Shown here: positions 41,275 through 42,732 of the stretch, piece after piece
How positions within the stretch are numbered: position 1 is the first letter of the stretch
Layout: each line of letters starts with the position of its first letter
Origin: an uncultured Streptococcus sp.
GTDB taxonomy: Bacteria > Bacillota > Bacilli > Lactobacillales > Streptococcaceae
NCBI GenBank assembly: GCA_902480035.1
Contig: CABSRC010000001.1
Coordinates: forward strand, 1 to 42,732
Direction: 5' to 3'
Length of the DNA stretch: 42,732 bases
The notes under the pieces: model-generated
Seen by the model: the letters and a program-made list of their open reading frames with translations, nothing else
What the model was told of the DNA's origin: nothing
Database searches by the model: none
Program-made: the position numbers and the translations under genes

Positions 41275-41365
41275 TAAAAATGACCACGAAGCAACTGAAA
41301 AAACTAGCCTATGCTAATCATTCAATCTACTTGTGGTCACGCCTAATCTAACTTAGTAACGCTCA
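41275..41365 (-). promoter_or_regulatory. RAT element overlapping a leader terminator upstream of lacT
   Basis: Minus strand GAGCGTTACTAAGTTAGATTAGGCGTGACC (41335-41364) resembles BglG-type RATs; overlaps the stem TGACCACAAGTAGATTGAA...TTCAGTTGCTTCGTGGTCA-TTTTT. Confidence 0.8.
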
Positions 41366-41387
41366 CTGCTATTTAACTTATGAACTT

Positions 41388-41424
41388 ATTTTATCATAAG
41401 TTTTTTATTTTGTAAACCCTTACA
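41388..41424 (-). promoter_or_regulatory. lacTFEG promoter with cre-like site over the -35
   Basis: TTTACA-17 nt-TAAAAT with TG extension; TGTAAGGGTTTACA (41411-41424) is a near-consensus CcpA cre. Confidence 0.75.
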
Positions 41425-41478
41425 GCGAAAATTTTTAAACATTTTTTATAAAAAATAAACAAAGCCTAAAAATAATGA

Positions 41479-41514
41479 AGAACATTGGAAGGAATTTCTT
41501 CCTTCCAATGTTCT
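41479..41514 (-). terminator. Hairpin / terminator after lacD
   Basis: Perfect 16-bp inverted repeat AGAACATTGGAAGGAA-TTTC-TTCCTTCCAATGTTCT; the T tail is weak. Confidence 0.65.
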
Positions 41515-41549
41515 AAATGTTGCTTTAGGAGGCAATAACGATTTGTTTC

Positions 41550-42530
41550 TTACACGCGTTCTGTCCAAGGTGTTGCCACTTTAGCCAAGACTGCGTTCAA
41601 TTCTTCAATATTTTGACGCCCTTCTGTACGAAGCCATTCACGAGCAGCTGCTTCTCCATCTTTGATGTAGGCTTCTACTGAACCTGCCCAAGTCGCACGT
41701 CCACAAAGAACACCGTTGAAGTTTGCACCTGATTCGTGGGCAAAGACAAGAGTTTCTTGGAAGAGTTTTGCAGATACACCTGCACTGAGGTAGATGTATG
41801 GAAGGTTGGTTGCTTCTTCTTGTTCTTTGAAGAAAGCAGCTGCTTCTTCACGACTATAGACAACTTCTCCTTCTCCAAATCCTTCCACGAAGTTCACATT
41901 GACTGGAACTTCCACTTTCAAGACATCGATATTGAAACGAGGATCTGAGAAGACTTTCATAGCCTCAATCACCTTACGAGGTTTCACTTTCGCATATTCA
42001 GCAGAGGTTGCATCTGCAATTCCTTCGTCATAAGCCAAGATTTCAAGGAAGAATGGAATGTCTTCTGCCACACATTCTGAACCGATGCGTTCGATATAAG
42101 CTTGTTTTTCTTGGTTAAGTTCTTCTGCACTATCTACATCATAGTAGAGCAAGAATTTCACAGCATCTGCACCTTGTTCTTTGATGCGTTTTGCTGACCA
42201 AAGGTTGAGGCAGTCAGGCAAACGTTTGGTGCTAGATGTATCATAACCTGTCTTTTCGTATGCAAGCAAGAGTCCAGCATCTTTATCCAAGGCTTTCGTA
42301 GCAGGCAAACCATATTCTGGGTCCAACAACATAGAGGAAGCATATTTTGTCAATTCATCTGCTACAAGAACTTTCAATTCTTCCATTTGTGCTACAGTTG
42401 GCTCAGTGTCTTGGTATTTGGCCATCAAGCGTTTCAAAGCCCCACGTTGGTCGAAGGCCAAAGCTGAAATGACACCGTCTTTTGTACTAAGACGTTCCAA
42501 ATAGTTGCGTTTTTGTTCTGTTAATACCAT
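41550..42530 (-). CDS. lacD: Tagatose-1,6-bisphosphate aldolase
   Basis: [30 protein letters not shown] and LCGRATW motifs. Confidence 0.97.
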   Translation of the reverse strand: MVLTEQKRNYLERLSTKDGVISALAFDQRGALKRLMAKYQDTEPTVAQMEELKVLVADELTKYASSMLLDPEYGLPATKALDKDAGLLLAYEKTGYDTSSTKRLPDCLNLWSAKRIKEQGADAVKFLLYYDVDSAEELNQEKQAYIERIGSECVAEDIPFFLEILAYDEGIADATSAEYAKVKPRKVIEAMKVFSDPRFNIDVLKVEVPVNVNFVEGFGEGEVVYSREEAAAFFKEQEEATNLPYIYLSAGVSAKLFQETLVFAHESGANFNGVLCGRATWAGSVEAYIKDGEAAAREWLRTEGRQNIEELNAVLAKVATPWTERV

Positions 42531-42531
42531 T

Positions 42532-42732
42532 TTATACCTCTTTTACGATTAATTGTTGATACAAGGCATCATAGTGCCCCATGTTGACATGTCCTGTTTG
42601 TGCTTCTTGCGCATTTAACATTCCAAGAACATTTGCTTTCTTGAGCAAGTCTGCGTCACTCTCATGATGATAGAGACCAGATGCAATCCCTGCAACAGTC
42701 GAATCACCAGATCCGACTGGATTGACGACATC
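42532..42732 (-). CDS. lacC: Tagatose-6-phosphate kinase, C-terminal part (truncated at the right edge)
   Basis: Manual translation [17 protein letters not shown]...YQQLIVKEV*; PfkB signature directly upstream of lacD. Confidence 0.92.
   Translation of the reverse strand, partial: DVVNPVGSGDSTVAGIASGLYHHESDADLLKKANVLGMLNAQEAQTGHVNMGHYDALYQQLIVKEV

Overview
Core-genome segment of a Streptococcus chromosome; gene order and sequence style suggest an oral species of the parasanguinis/sanguinis/mitis type (inference). About 40 housekeeping and metabolic CDSs, mostly on the minus strand: a heterodimeric ABC-exporter subunit, a YjbR-type gene and cutC; the nucleoside uptake/catabolism cluster (rsmC-like, pdp, deoC, cdd, BMP lipoprotein plus ABC transporter); coaA and rpsT; an envelope trio (DUF6574-like, TcaA-like, ldcB); rhodanese, ProX-like, UDG-like, pepV and nitroreductase genes; uvrC; the hemW-thioesterase-HAD operon; an ABC-F ATPase; proBAC; cpsY-lspA-rluD; and the tagatose-6-P lactose locus lacC-lacD-lacT-lacF-lacE-lacG. 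No rRNA, tRNA, CRISPR, prophage or transposase was seen. The most interesting signals are: (1) a complete ribosome-sensing attenuator (strong SD, Met-Asn-Asn-stop uORF, anti-antiterminator, antiterminator, terminator) in front of an uncharacterised ABC-F, the layout of inducible antibiotic-resistance ABC-F genes; (2) a ~30-aa W-x3-FE-x3-GR-x4-EE module present three times in two adjacent envelope proteins, with the spacing of the eukaryotic Sld2/RECQL4 N-terminal motif; (3) two copies of a modular palindromic intergenic element, one carrying extra perfect hairpins; (4) three candidate leaderless genes and a cre-flanked promoter hidden in the 3' end of pdp.
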